Assembly (NCBI GenBank): GCA_015233115.1
Contig: JADFYJ010000003.1
Location: 40,536-104,535, forward strand
DNA length: 64,000 nucleotides
Direction of reading: 5' to 3'
Source: Candidatus Omnitrophota bacterium
GTDB lineage: Bacteria; Omnitrophota; Gorgyraeia; Zapsychrales; Zapsychraceae
Shown: positions 1 through 9,949 of the stretch, in pieces
Layout of the letters: every line of letters starts with the position of its first letter
How positions within the stretch are numbered: position 1 is the first letter of the stretch
The notes under the pieces: model-generated
Told to the model about the DNA's origin: nothing
The model's input: only the letters and a program-made list of their open reading frames with translations
Database searches by the model: none
Program-made: the position numbers and the translations under genes

Positions 1-420
1 CAGTTTTTAAGAGATTTCAGCGTTAAAGTCAAATTGAATCCTATCCGCAATGTCCTGAAAGATAAGCGAGTGATTGTCGTGGATGATTCCATTGTGCGAG
101 GAACTACGTCGAGAAACCGGGTGGAAGCTTTACGAGCTGCTGGCGCGAAAGAAATTCATATGCGCATCAGCTGTCCCCCTATTGTGTCGCCGTGTTTCTA
201 TGGAATTGATTTTCCGAGCAAAAAAGAATTGATCGCGTCTGACCATACGGTCAAAGAAGTCGCGGATTACATTAAAGTCGATTCTTTGGCGTATTTGAGT
301 TTGGAAGGCATGCTGGCTGAAGTGAAGAACCGGGAGCAGTTCTGCACCGCGTGTTTTACGGGAAAATATCCGATTAATATACCGAAAACCCAAAGCAAAT
401 ATCTTCTGGAAGGAAAATAA
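1..420 (+). CDS. purF: Amidophosphoribosyltransferase, C-terminal fragment (5' end lies outside the window)
   Basis: The frame is open from nt 1. The motif [16 protein letters not shown] is the PRPP-binding loop and it is followed by a PurF-type C-terminus. The track's start at 34 is an internal TTG. Confidence 0.8.
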   Translation, partial: QFLRDFSVKVKLNPIRNVLKDKRVIVVDDSIVRGTTSRNRVEALRAAGAKEIHMRISCPPIVSPCFYGIDFPSKKELIASDHTVKEVADYIKVDSLAYLSLEGMLAEVKNREQFCTACFTGKYPINIPKTQSKYLLEGK

Positions 421-425
421 CTTCT

Positions 426-2033
426 ATGGGTAAATATATTTTTGTGACAGGTGGAGTGGTTTCAAGCTTAGGAAAAGGGTTGGCCGCTGCGTCAATCGGC
501 AAACTTCTCGAAGCGCGGGGGTTGACCACGACTATGATCAAGTGTGATCCCTATCTCAACGTGGATCCCGGAACCATGAGCCCTTTTCAGCACGGGGAAG
601 TGTATGTCACGGATGACGGAGCGGAAACAGATTTAGATTTGGGGCATTATGAAAGATTTACTAACGGGACATTTACCAAAGATAATAATATCACGGCCGG
701 AAAAATTTATTATTCAGTGATCACGAAAGAACGCCGCGGAGATTATCTGGGTAAAACTGTGCAAATCATTCCGCATATTACAGACGAGATTAAACGCGCG
801 ATTAAAAAAGTGGATAAAGAACGGGAAGTGGATGTGACGATCGTCGAGATCGGCGGGACAGTGGGCGACATTGAAAGTTTGCCTTTTTTAGAGGCGATTC
901 GTCAGCTGCGCTGGGAAGTGGGAGAAAATTTCGCGTTGAATATTCACGTGACATTATTGCCGTATATTAAAGCGGCGGATGAGCATAAAACCAAGCCTAC
1001 TCAGCATAGTGTCGGAAAATTGCGCGAAATTGGTATTACACCAGATATTTTATTGTGCCGGATGGAAAAGCATATCACGAAGGAGCAGCGGGATAAAATT
1101 TCATTGTTCTGCAATGTGGAACGCGAATCCGTCGTTGAAGCCGTGGATGTTAAGTGCATTTATGAGGTTCCTTTGTGTTTTAGAAAGGAAGGGCTGGATA
1201 ATCTTATCTTAAAAAAATTGCATATCAAGCGCGAGGATAAAGATCTGAAGGGTTGGGCAGATTATGTAGTCCATCGGATGAAACATCCTAAACATGAAGT
1301 TAAAATTTATGTCGTCGGAAAATATGTGGCATTGCAAGACGCGTACAAATCTATTTATGAAGCTTTAGTTCACGGGGGAGTTGCAAATTTTGCTAAAGTG
1401 AACATCGTCAAAGTTGACTCGGAATTATTGGAAGACGAAGATGTGGCGAAACGGTTAGAAGGAGCGGATGGGATTTTGATTCCGGGCGGGTTTGGCGATC
1501 GCGGCATTGAAGGAAAAATCCAGGCTGTTCAATATGCCCGTGAAAAAAACATTCCTTATTTTGGAATTTGTTTGGGCATGCAGGTGGCGACGATCGAATA
1601 CGCACGGCATATTTTAAAAATGGAAGATGCCAATTCGACGGAATTTAATAAAGAAACCACGTATCCGGTCATTTCATTATTGGAAGAACAGAAGGACGTT
1701 AAGAATATGGGCGCGACCATGCGTTTGGGCGCTTATCCTTGCAAACTTGAAAAACATACTAAGAGTTTGCGCGCATACGGAAAAGAAGAAATTTCCGAAC
1801 GACATCGTCACCGCTATGAGTTTAATAATGAATACCGTCAAACATTTATCGATGGCGGAATGGTTTTTTCAGGACGCAACGCGGCGCAGGATTTGGTGGA
1901 AATTATCGAACTTCCTGACCATCCTTGGTTCGTCGGGTGCCAATTTCATCCGGAATTTAAATCTAAACCGGATGCCGCGCATCCGTTGTTTAAGGATTTT
2001 ATTAAAGCAGCCGTAGAGAAAAGTAAAAAGTAA
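426..2033 (+). CDS. pyrG: CTP synthase
   Basis: N-terminus [18 protein letters not shown]. Glutamine amidotransferase signature GICLGMQ. 535 aa, the typical length. Confidence 0.95.
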   Translation: MGKYIFVTGGVVSSLGKGLAAASIGKLLEARGLTTTMIKCDPYLNVDPGTMSPFQHGEVYVTDDGAETDLDLGHYERFTNGTFTKDNNITAGKIYYSVITKERRGDYLGKTVQIIPHITDEIKRAIKKVDKEREVDVTIVEIGGTVGDIESLPFLEAIRQLRWEVGENFALNIHVTLLPYIKAADEHKTKPTQHSVGKLREIGITPDILLCRMEKHITKEQRDKISLFCNVERESVVEAVDVKCIYEVPLCFRKEGLDNLILKKLHIKREDKDLKGWADYVVHRMKHPKHEVKIYVVGKYVALQDAYKSIYEALVHGGVANFAKVNIVKVDSELLEDEDVAKRLEGADGILIPGGFGDRGIEGKIQAVQYAREKNIPYFGICLGMQVATIEYARHILKMEDANSTEFNKETTYPVISLLEEQKDVKNMGATMRLGAYPCKLEKHTKSLRAYGKEEISERHRHRYEFNNEYRQTFIDGGMVFSGRNAAQDLVEIIELPDHPWFVGCQFHPEFKSKPDAAHPLFKDFIKAAVEKSKK

Positions 2034-2043
2034 ATAAATTAGC

Positions 2044-2125
<82 letters not shown>

Positions 2126-2142
2126 TTTAAAAGTAAAATATT

Positions 2143-2865
2143 ATGCCTAATAAAATCCAAATCAGCGCGAGCATTTTGTCTTCTGACTTTACCCATCTGG
2201 CCGATGAGATTAAAAAGATTGAAGATTCCGGCGCGGATATGGTTCATGTTGATGTCATGGATGGGCATTTTGTTCCGCCCATTACCATTGGCAGCGTTAT
2301 CGTCAAGGCCATTCGGCCGCTGACCAAGCTTCCTATTGATGCCCATCTTATGGTTCTTTATCCCTGGTCACAGATTGATGATTTTATCCGTGCGGGCGCA
2401 GATATTATTAGCATCCATGCGGAATGTTATGGAGAGTTGCGGCCGCCATGCAAAGGTCCCGGACAATTTCCGAAAGAAGTAGATCACGTCAATTCTGAGC
2501 TCATGCGACAGGATATAAAAAAAATTCATGCGGCTGGACGGAAAGCGTATGTGGTGTTGAATCCCGGCACGCCTTGTTGCATCGGCGGGTTACTTAACGA
2601 AATTGATGGGGTATTGGTGATGTCTGTGAATCCAGGTTTTGCTAATCAAAAATTTATGCCCGAGGTTTTACCTAAATTGCGTGAACTGAGAAAACAATTT
2701 TCCGGGTCTATTATGGTTGACGGAGGAGTAAAAGAAGATACTGCTTTGTTGATTGTTGATGCGGGGGCGGATATTTTGGTGAGCGCGAGTTATTTTTTTG
2801 GATCGAAAGATCCGCGGGCGGTTATAAAATATTTAAAAAGTTTGTCAAAGGACAACAAAAAATGA
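2143..2865 (+). CDS. rpe: Ribulose-phosphate 3-epimerase
   Basis: Motifs ISASILSSDF, HVDVMDGHFVPP and MSVNPGF. The stop overlaps the next small ORF as ATGA. Confidence 0.9.
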   Translation: MPNKIQISASILSSDFTHLADEIKKIEDSGADMVHVDVMDGHFVPPITIGSVIVKAIRPLTKLPIDAHLMVLYPWSQIDDFIRAGADIISIHAECYGELRPPCKGPGQFPKEVDHVNSELMRQDIKKIHAAGRKAYVVLNPGTPCCIGGLLNEIDGVLVMSVNPGFANQKFMPEVLPKLRELRKQFSGSIMVDGGVKEDTALLIVDAGADILVSASYFFGSKDPRAVIKYLKSLSKDNKK

Positions 2866-3017
2866 AACTAAACCAAAGAGCGCAATCAGCGGTTGAATAT
2901 ATGTTGTTATATTCGATTGTTTTGGCTTTGGTGCTGGTGAGTTTTAAATATTTTATGGATAAGACCCGTTCCCACACAGAAACCTATAGTAATAGTATTA
3001 GAAAAGACCTCAAATAA
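2862..3017 (+). CDS. Small (51 aa) hydrophobic protein with a Flp-pilin/class-III-signal-like N-terminus (AVEYMLLYSIVLALVLV)
   Basis: Its ATG overlaps the rpe stop (ATGA). It has a single TM helix. The E-Y motif is followed by a hydrophobic stretch as in Flp-type pilins. It is absent from the ORF track because it is under 60 aa. Confidence 0.3.
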   Translation: MKLNQRAQSAVEYMLLYSIVLALVLVSFKYFMDKTRSHTETYSNSIRKDLK

Positions 3018-3029
3018 TTGTAATGCTTT

Positions 3030-3956
3030 TCAAATCCTCCGGTCACGCACGTAATTACTCTTATCAAAAGTTTTGGCGTATTTTTTTAAGTCAGCGCCTA
3101 ATTCGGCGATTTGCGCGACGTGGGTAATCGGTTGGTATTTATTGCTCACCACAGCGATGGAAATGGCTAAGAGACTGAATTGCTGATATTCGCCTTGCCG
3201 GTTTTTGGCAATAATAAAACCGCTGCCTCGGTCATCGTCTGTATAAAAGCCAGGGACTAAAGCATCGAAATCTTTAATAATACCTTCGCAAATCTTATCC
3301 GTTGGTTCATCCGCCGCCACGAACACAAAATCATCGCCGCCGATATGACCGACAAACGTGTTGAGGCCGCCGATTTCCCTGACATTTTTGATGATGGTAC
3401 GCGCCGTGGCTTTAATAACTTCATCGCCTTTTTCAAAACCATATTTGTCGTTGTAAGCTTTAAATTTGTCTAAATCCGCATAACCAACGGCAAAAGTAAT
3501 TTTCTTGTCAATGTTGGCTTGAAGTTCTTCCATGATCGACGTGTTTCCGGGAAGATGTGTTAATGGGTTCGCGTCTAAGCTGCGGACTGTCCGGCGCAAG
3601 ATCATTTGAATTTTAGCTATGAGAATGTCGGGAGCAAAAGGTTTAACCAAATAATCATCGGCCCCAGCTTGAATGCCTTTGATTTGGTCTTGAGCTTCGC
3701 CTTTGCCGGTCAGCATAATAACCGGAATGTGCTGAAGTAAAATATCTTTTTTCATCTCTTTGCAAAAATCAATGCCGTTCATGACGGGCATCATATAATC
3801 ACAAACGACCAGGTCCGGTAATTTTTGTTGAACCATTTTTAAACCTTCAAGCCCATTAGGGGCCTGAAAAACATCATAATTTTCCGAGAGAGTCAGTTCC
3901 AAGACATCTAGAATGTCGGGATCGTCGTCTATAGTAACTATTTTTTCGCGTTTCAT
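3030..3956 (-). CDS. Response regulator with receiver domain plus GGDEF-type diguanylate cyclase domain (GGDDF variant)
   Basis: Receiver domain: DDDPD...VVCDYMMP...LTGKG. GGDEF-domain signatures: LTHLPGN, ADLDKFKAYNDKYG, IGGDDFVFV. Confidence 0.85.
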   Translation of the reverse strand: MKREKIVTIDDDPDILDVLELTLSENYDVFQAPNGLEGLKMVQQKLPDLVVCDYMMPVMNGIDFCKEMKKDILLQHIPVIMLTGKGEAQDQIKGIQAGADDYLVKPFAPDILIAKIQMILRRTVRSLDANPLTHLPGNTSIMEELQANIDKKITFAVGYADLDKFKAYNDKYGFEKGDEVIKATARTIIKNVREIGGLNTFVGHIGGDDFVFVAADEPTDKICEGIIKDFDALVPGFYTDDDRGSGFIIAKNRQGEYQQFSLLAISIAVVSNKYQPITHVAQIAELGADLKKYAKTFDKSNYVRDRRI

Positions 3957-3967
3957 AAAATATCTTT

Positions 3968-5485
3968 CTAGGCCGTTTCTTCGTGTTTAATATTGTGAGG
4001 ATCGAGCGGTAGGGTAAAATGAAAACTGGTTCCCATATTGAGCTGACTGGTGACCCAGATTTTGCCATGGTGCGCCTCAATAATTTTTTTGACCAGTGAT
4101 AACCCGAGCCCGGTGCCTTTCACGCTTTGGTTGATTTTGTTATCTATACGGTAAAATTCCGTAAATAATTTTTTCATGTCATCATTGCTCATCCCAATGC
4201 CGGTATCCACGACTTCGGTCTCAATGATTTGTTTGGCGTTGTCGTATTTGGCTTTAATCGTAATATTTCCGTGTTCCGGCGTAAATTTAATGGCGTTACT
4301 AACTAAGTTAGTAAAAACCCGGTCAATTTGTCCTTTGTCTAATAAGAGCTCCGGTATTCTAGCGTCTATTTCCGTGTACCAGTCAATATCTTTGGTTTTC
4401 ATAAGAGGGGTTAATACATCATGGACGTCTTCGATGATTTTAGCCATTTCATTTTTTGTGAACAACATTTCCGCTTTACCAGATTCAATCCGGGCTATAT
4501 CGAGCAGGTTATTGATCAGTTTAACCAGGTTATCAGAGTGGGTATTAATTTTTTCAAGGCGATTTTTTACAGATTCTGGAACTTCTCCGAGTTTGCCGGT
4601 CATGAGAATTTCCGCGTAACCTTTAATCGAGGTTAGCGGGGTGCGTAATTCATGGGATACCGCAGAAACGAATTCAGATTTTTTAAGACTGATATCCTGA
4701 ACTTCTTTTAAAGCCTGCTCAAGTTTTATTGTCCGGTCTTGTACTTTTGATTCCAGGATTTGAGTCGATTTGAAAACCTCTTCAAAGAGCCGGGCATTGC
4801 CAAGAGACTGGCCTATTTGACTGGCTAAAATAGAAATAACTTCTTCGTCCGCCCGGGTGATAGTTTCCGCATTGGATTGATTGCCGACGAAAATAATGCC
4901 GATCAATCCGTTTTGGTTTAAAATGGGCGCAATCACAAAATATTCGACAGTAAAAATGTGCTTGATCATCTCTTGTTTCTGCACCGGGGCAGTCGCGGAT
5001 GAAAAGGTGTGGCCTTCCTGGAAAGTTTTGACCAGGTCAGGATTTTTATTAATATCTGTGAGAATAAAATAAACGTCTTCAGTCTGGATGCCGACATTTA
5101 AGCGGGATTGTAAATTGTGATTATCGTCATAAAGAAAAATTAATTTTTTTTCATAACTGAGATTATTGGCCAAAGAATGCTGCAGGCGGTGAAAAATTTC
5201 ATTTTCATCTAAGGTGGTACTGATCAGGCGGGAGGTTTTTTGTAAAGATTCCAATCCGTTTAAGCGCCGGTCTAATTCTTCTTGAGCCTGGTTTATTTTG
5301 ATATCGGTTTTGATTATTTCTTTGGCTTCTTTATCCAGATTTTCAAAAGTGGATTTCAGTTGGTCGAGAGAGGTAGAGGCGGCTTCTAGTTTTTCGGATT
5401 TGCCCATGAGGATCGCGGCTAAAACCCCGGCAATGATCAACATGACGCAGATTCCAATCAATAAAATATATGAAATAATATCCAT
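3968..5485 (-). CDS. Sensor histidine kinase with N-terminal TM, coiled coil and GAF domain
   Basis: H-box SHELRTPLTSIKGYAEIL. N-box NLVSNAIKFT. G-boxes DTGIGM and GTGLGLSLVKKIIEAHHG. Confidence 0.85.
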   Translation of the reverse strand: MDIISYILLIGICVMLIIAGVLAAILMGKSEKLEAASTSLDQLKSTFENLDKEAKEIIKTDIKINQAQEELDRRLNGLESLQKTSRLISTTLDENEIFHRLQHSLANNLSYEKKLIFLYDDNHNLQSRLNVGIQTEDVYFILTDINKNPDLVKTFQEGHTFSSATAPVQKQEMIKHIFTVEYFVIAPILNQNGLIGIIFVGNQSNAETITRADEEVISILASQIGQSLGNARLFEEVFKSTQILESKVQDRTIKLEQALKEVQDISLKKSEFVSAVSHELRTPLTSIKGYAEILMTGKLGEVPESVKNRLEKINTHSDNLVKLINNLLDIARIESGKAEMLFTKNEMAKIIEDVHDVLTPLMKTKDIDWYTEIDARIPELLLDKGQIDRVFTNLVSNAIKFTPEHGNITIKAKYDNAKQIIETEVVDTGIGMSNDDMKKLFTEFYRIDNKINQSVKGTGLGLSLVKKIIEAHHGKIWVTSQLNMGTSFHFTLPLDPHNIKHEETA

Positions 5486-5488
5486 ATT

Positions 5489-6682
5489 CTAGCCTATCGC
5501 GCAAATGACCACACTGCCATTTTGTAAGTGGGTCCGTTTTGAGGCATCACCGTTTTCCGAAGGACAAAATTCCCCGTTTGAATAAAAACCAATTGTTGGA
5601 ATTTCTGAATTAAAAATTTTATTGAAACCTTCATGTTCCTGGTGAGCAGAGTGGCCGAAAAGTTTTAGGCGGCTCATGGATTCAATGACCAGGAGGAGTT
5701 GAGGTTGTTTACCCCTTAATCCCGTTAATGCCTCATTAGCGGCAAATTCAAAAGCTGATTTGCACGATTCTTTATTTCCGATCATGATGTGGACTTCAGA
5801 GCCTTGAGCCACGTCTCCCTGACATAAGATACTCCCATCATAAAGAATGTCAATAGGATTCCGGAGTAAATATTCACCTGTTTCATAGCTGAGCAGTCCT
5901 AAAGGATATAAGATGGTCATTTTGCCTATGGGATCATTACGCAAATCATCCATTTTTTGCGCAAAAAATTCTTCATAAAGACTAGCCGCGGGTTTTTTAT
6001 CAATGGTATAGATGACGTTGCCGATTGATTTGGTTACTATGCGGGGTTTTCCGATCGGTCTCCAGCCGTGAGCGCTGCCAATGGAAACGGATATGCCGGG
6101 ACAGCCTAGCAGCAGTCCGACAGCACTATTAAGAAGAACTTCGTCTTGAAATATTTGAAAAGTTTTTCGAAAATGAAAATCATCACAACTCCCTGCGCCG
6201 ACCACGGGAAATACATTACCGAAAACAGAGCGTAACCCCATCAAAAGAAGAGATAGGTTTTCAATAACACCTGGAGTAAAGCATAAAAAAAGATCCCGGG
6301 ATTGGCTGGGGAAATCCTGTAATGTTTGTTGAGCGAGAAGGGCGCCGGCTTTAGAAATGTCTTGATAAGAATCAATGGACGCAATTTGTCCGATACCGAC
6401 CGTAAGTTCCGGATGATGAATGGTTAAAACGCCTAATCCGCGGGTAGAAATGGAATGCGGCAGAATGATACCGGCTGTTGAACAGCCAATAATTTTTGAT
6501 TCCGTGAAACTTTGACGGATAATAGGAAGAGTGATTTCTGGAGGATAATGGATGGTTGAAAATACAATGGTAATGGATGGACGCTTGCCGATTAATCCCC
6601 GACGAGCTTCAATCGCGGCTTTGCGCGCGGCCAGTTCGATATTCGGGTCTTTATTAAAACCGATCCCTATTTGAAAAGACAC
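5489..6682 (-). CDS. FIST-domain sensory protein (FIST_N/FIST_C-like)
   Basis: About 400 aa, cytoplasmic. Pattern ITIVFST...IIGCSTAGII...GFYSNGEF is typical of FIST proteins. It is operonic with the HK and the GGDEF RR, 3 nt upstream of the HK start. Confidence 0.5.
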   Translation of the reverse strand: MSFQIGIGFNKDPNIELAARKAAIEARRGLIGKRPSITIVFSTIHYPPEITLPIIRQSFTESKIIGCSTAGIILPHSISTRGLGVLTIHHPELTVGIGQIASIDSYQDISKAGALLAQQTLQDFPSQSRDLFLCFTPGVIENLSLLLMGLRSVFGNVFPVVGAGSCDDFHFRKTFQIFQDEVLLNSAVGLLLGCPGISVSIGSAHGWRPIGKPRIVTKSIGNVIYTIDKKPAASLYEEFFAQKMDDLRNDPIGKMTILYPLGLLSYETGEYLLRNPIDILYDGSILCQGDVAQGSEVHIMIGNKESCKSAFEFAANEALTGLRGKQPQLLLVIESMSRLKLFGHSAHQEHEGFNKIFNSEIPTIGFYSNGEFCPSENGDASKRTHLQNGSVVICAIG

Positions 6683-6866
6683 TTTTCCCCCTTTATTTAA
6701 GCAATAATATATTAATTTTATAGATGGGTTTCAAGAGTGTCAATAGGAATAACATTAATATTGACGAGAAAACAAAATATGTTATTATTGATGCGGTTTA
6801 AATTTGGGACACAAAACTTAATTCGATAAAAATAGTTTGAATTAAGTATTATGTCCCTTGTTTCCT

Positions 6867-6940
6867 GGCCCCATCGTCTAGCCTGGTTAGGACGGAAGAT
6901 TCTCAGTCTTTAAACACGGGTCCGAATCCCGTTGGGGCTA
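6867..6940 (+). tRNA. tRNA-Glu (anticodon CUC as folded by eye); integration target of the downstream element
   Basis: Acceptor stem GGCCCCA/TGGGGCT with discriminator A. D-arm GTCT..GGAC. Anticodon stem GAAGA/TCTTT with loop TTCTCAG. T-arm ACGGG-TCCGAAT-CCCGT. No CCA is encoded. Confidence 0.75.
6892..6940 (+). repeat. attL core: 49-bp 3' portion of tRNA-Glu, directly repeated at 15974-16022
   Basis: ACGGAAGATTCTCAGTCTTTAAACACGGGTCCGAATCCCGTTGGGGCTA is identical at both sites. Confidence 0.85.
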
Positions 6941-7041
6941 TTTGTACAATTTGTCGACGGAAATCGTACTAAACACACGGTTTCCGTTTTTTGGTCTATT
7001 TCCTGATTTTTCCCCTGTTTTTCCTGCTTTTACCATAGCTT

Positions 7042-7064
7042 GGGTTACAATTTGGGTTACAAAA
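7042..7064 (+). promoter_or_regulatory. Putative recombinase arm-type binding repeat (GGGTTACAA x2), left copy; right copy at 15924-15946
   Basis: GGGTTACAATTTGGGTTACAAAA lies ~100 nt inside attL. GGATTACAATTTGGGTTACAAAT lies ~30 nt inside attR. Confidence 0.4.
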
Positions 7065-7480
7065 TTTTTAAGCCTTCAAGGTTATTTCTTGAGGGCTTTT
7101 TTGTTTAATACCGCTTTTTTTGACCTCTGGGTTTGGCGGAATATAAATCAAACTTGGAACGATACGGCTCGTGTTGTGCCTTTCCGAACCACCGAAAACA
7201 AACGTCTTTGGGTGAGACAGCTAAGCTGTTCAAGAATCCTGAACGGTGCGAGGGAAGAAATAACTAAGAAAGAGTTTTGACCAACCAACCTGCATACATC
7301 TGGTCAACACTTAACTTAGTGTTTAGATATATTCATACAAGCAGAAAAGAACAGTCTGCAGGGAGGGGTGAACTATGTCGCTAGCGCTCAGAAAAGCCTA
7401 TGCACAATTCAATAAACGTGTTGGGGGTCAAATTAACTATAAAGGAAATCTAGTTCCATTCAAACCAAAGGAGCCTAAAA

Positions 7481-8095
7481 ATGAAAAACATCGGAATCTA
7501 CGCCCGCGTAAGCACCGGAGATCAAACCTCGGAGCAACAATTAGCCGTATTAAGGAGTTATTGCGAGAACGCGGGGCATAAAATTGCAGATGAATATATT
7601 GACGAAGGAGAAAGCGCGTTAAAGCAGAATCGGCCTCAATATTTACGATTATTAGATGATGCCCGAAAACGAAAAATAGACACGATTCTGGTTTATAAAT
7701 TGGATAGGTTTAGCAGAAGCTTAAAGGAGCTGGTTAATACGATTAGTACGATTAAAGGCTATGGGGTTAATTTTATCAGCTACACAGAAAAAGATTTTGA
7801 TACAACAACCGCAACCGGCCAGCTTATGTTTCATATTGTCTCTGCCTTTGCCCAATTTGAACGGGATATGATTTCAGAAAGAACAAAACTCAAACTCGCT
7901 TATTTAAAAAGCAAGGGCGTTAAACTTGGCCGTCCTCGTAAGGTTGAATATGATAAGGTTTTTGCTTTAAGGGCCAGAGGGCTGTCCTTGAGCCAAATAG
8001 GAAAAGAATTCAGCTGTGGTAGGGCAACAATATGTAAGGCGTTAAAAAAACGTATTTTTGATGAAAAGAAACAGACCGTGGCGGTGGTGGGGTAG
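7481..8095 (+). CDS. Small serine recombinase (resolvase/invertase family)
   Basis: N-terminus IGIYARVSTGDQTSEQQ contains the catalytic Ser. The C-terminus has an HTH. SD AAAGGAG. Confidence 0.85.
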   Translation: MKNIGIYARVSTGDQTSEQQLAVLRSYCENAGHKIADEYIDEGESALKQNRPQYLRLLDDARKRKIDTILVYKLDRFSRSLKELVNTISTIKGYGVNFISYTEKDFDTTTATGQLMFHIVSAFAQFERDMISERTKLKLAYLKSKGVKLGRPRKVEYDKVFALRARGLSLSQIGKEFSCGRATICKALKKRIFDEKKQTVAVVG

Positions 8096-8144
8096 TTTTT
8101 TATGTGTTTAGCCGCAAGAATGTGAAGAAAGGAAACCCATTAGG

Positions 8145-8504
8145 ATGGATGATCGTGATTTAAAGGGACGGTTTAAAAAAGGGAGCAACGCTAATCCTAA
8201 AGGAAACAACCAATTCACCTCGATTGTTCCAATGATAGAAGCTTTAGATAAAGTTGGAAAACAAAAAAAAGAGGATTTTTGGGTGATGGTAGCTCGAAAA
8301 GCTTGGGTATCGGATACTGTTTTAGTGCATATTTTGAAAAAGATACTACCAGATCGGAAAGAATTGGCTTATGACGAGAAAGATAATGGATTTAACCGTT
8401 TAGTCAGAAGCGTTTCTGAGATCTCAACTGAAGAATTAAGCGCCATAACTGAAATGTTACGAAATAGCGTTCAGAAAGGTGATCAGAACCAGATCAGGGA
8501 TTAA
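8145..8504 (+). CDS. Hypothetical protein with a phage-associated N-terminal motif (GRFKKGSNANPKG, DUF5681-like)
   Basis: ORF inside the island. No recognisable catalytic motif. Confidence 0.4.
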   Translation: MDDRDLKGRFKKGSNANPKGNNQFTSIVPMIEALDKVGKQKKEDFWVMVARKAWVSDTVLVHILKKILPDRKELAYDEKDNGFNRLVRSVSEISTEELSAITEMLRNSVQKGDQNQIRD

Positions 8505-8598
8505 CAATTGTATTTTTGGAAAAATTAAAATATAATGCATACAGTTTCGTGTGACGCAAGAATATGTTATACTAATTGTAAATTAGGGGGAGAAGTTT

Positions 8599-9255
8599 AT
8601 GGAAATTGAAAATAAATTTTGTAATATTGTTGTATTAGGTAATTTTAATCCTGCCATTCTTACGCACGAATTTTTGGTTGATATCTGTAAAATTGATTTA
8701 GAAAAGCCTATTAATTTGCAATTAACGCCAATACATTCTCAGATAAAATATCAAAAAAATAATATTTCATTTCTAACATCTTTAGATAGGTTTGAAATAA
8801 GCGAATTAAAACCAGAGGTTTTTGAAAATTCTATTATTCCGAAATGCGCAAATTCATATTTGAATGTGTTGAAATATACACCTATGGTTCTTTGTGGTGT
8901 CAATTTTCAGATTGATGCAAAAAATGTTGATTTGGTAAATTTACAGAACAGCTTTGTTAAACAAGGGATTGAGTTAAAAAAATTTTTAAAAGCCAAAAAT
9001 GTGACCAATAGGCATTCAATTGATATTGATGAAGCAAATAAAGAACAATATGTGGGATATGACGTTAAGTTTACGTTGCGGGATGGTATTTCCGGGAATA
9101 TAAGAGTAAAAGTGCTTGGTGAAAAAAATATAAATTTAAACTATAATTTTGAAGTTAGTTTAGAAAACAAAGATAATTTGAAATTGATCCTAGCTGATTA
9201 TTACCAAAGGGCAGTAGAATTTAAAGATTTTATTAATCATTTTATTAAAGGCTAA
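8599..9255 (+). CDS. Hypothetical protein, cargo operon gene 1 (218 aa, no recognised domain)
   Basis: SD GGGGGAG lies upstream. AT-rich. Its stop sits 1 nt before the next gene's start. Confidence 0.5.
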   Translation: MEIENKFCNIVVLGNFNPAILTHEFLVDICKIDLEKPINLQLTPIHSQIKYQKNNISFLTSLDRFEISELKPEVFENSIIPKCANSYLNVLKYTPMVLCGVNFQIDAKNVDLVNLQNSFVKQGIELKKFLKAKNVTNRHSIDIDEANKEQYVGYDVKFTLRDGISGNIRVKVLGEKNINLNYNFEVSLENKDNLKLILADYYQRAVEFKDFINHFIKG

Positions 9256-9256
9256 A

Positions 9257-9949
9257 ATGAATTCTCTTCAAGAATTATCAAGAGTTGCTACAATAACGAA
9301 TTTAAGATTTACAACGCCTAATACGGATGCTTGTAATGAAGCCTTTAAGGTAAAACTTGAAAAGAGAGATGCTCTTTTGTATACGCAATGGACAAGATTG
9401 TTCGGACAAAGCCCTGTTGAGCTAAGAGATTCAAGTGATATAAAGTATGTTGTTAGCGTCGAGAATGATGATATTATGACGACAACTTTAATCAGCGATT
9501 CGTTTTATGTTTACAGTCAAAATTGGCGGCAAAGTACAAATGGTGCAGATTTTGGCGAAATATTCGCTTATGAAAAAGATGACAGCTGCGATGAGATAGA
9601 ACAAATTTATTTTAGTTTAAATTCATCTTTAAATTTGAAGCCAGCTGCCATCGGCGAAGAGATAGAAGACGCGGTTTTTGATTTCTGTAAAAAAGAAAAT
9701 TTATTACAAGAATTTTATGCGTTTGATTGTTTTATTAAAAAATGTTTCATAAATATAATAAATATCAATGTCAAGGCAAAGCCAGATCCGGAAATAAAAA
9801 ATAAAAATCAAGTGATAGTTGAAGTGTTTATTAAGGATTCTATTCGCGGGATTATTGATATGCAAAATAATTTTTTTGAGTTGGTTTTTAAGGAATTTAA
9901 TGGCTCTATTTTCGATAAATTCGTTTTAAAGTGTGAAAAATATGGATGA
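9257..9949 (+). CDS. Hypothetical protein, cargo operon gene 2 (230 aa, acidic, no recognised domain)
   Basis: Translationally coupled to gene 1 (TAAaATG). It overlaps gene 3. Confidence 0.5.
   Translation: MNSLQELSRVATITNLRFTTPNTDACNEAFKVKLEKRDALLYTQWTRLFGQSPVELRDSSDIKYVVSVENDDIMTTTLISDSFYVYSQNWRQSTNGADFGEIFAYEKDDSCDEIEQIYFSLNSSLNLKPAAIGEEIEDAVFDFCKKENLLQEFYAFDCFIKKCFINIININVKAKPDPEIKNKNQVIVEVFIKDSIRGIIDMQNNFFELVFKEFNGSIFDKFVLKCEKYG

Noticed and set aside
979-2016. Several internal and antisense ORFs inside pyrG (979-1212, 1408-1605, 1627-2016) and similar ones inside mutS, mutL, glmS, leuS and the giant gene
   Set aside because: They lie fully inside well-supported long genes and have no SD or conservation signals. 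Typical frame-shadow ORFs.
6942-7280. 112-aa ORF immediately after tRNA-Glu
   Set aside because: It lies in the attL arm region, which contains recombinase-site repeats. No SD. Low-complexity translation. Probably non-coding.
7375-7581. 68-aa ORF with a strong SD (GGGAGGGG) overlapping the 5' end of the serine recombinase gene
   Set aside because: It overlaps the recombinase by 100 nt in another frame. It could be a short leader peptide but cannot be supported from sequence alone.
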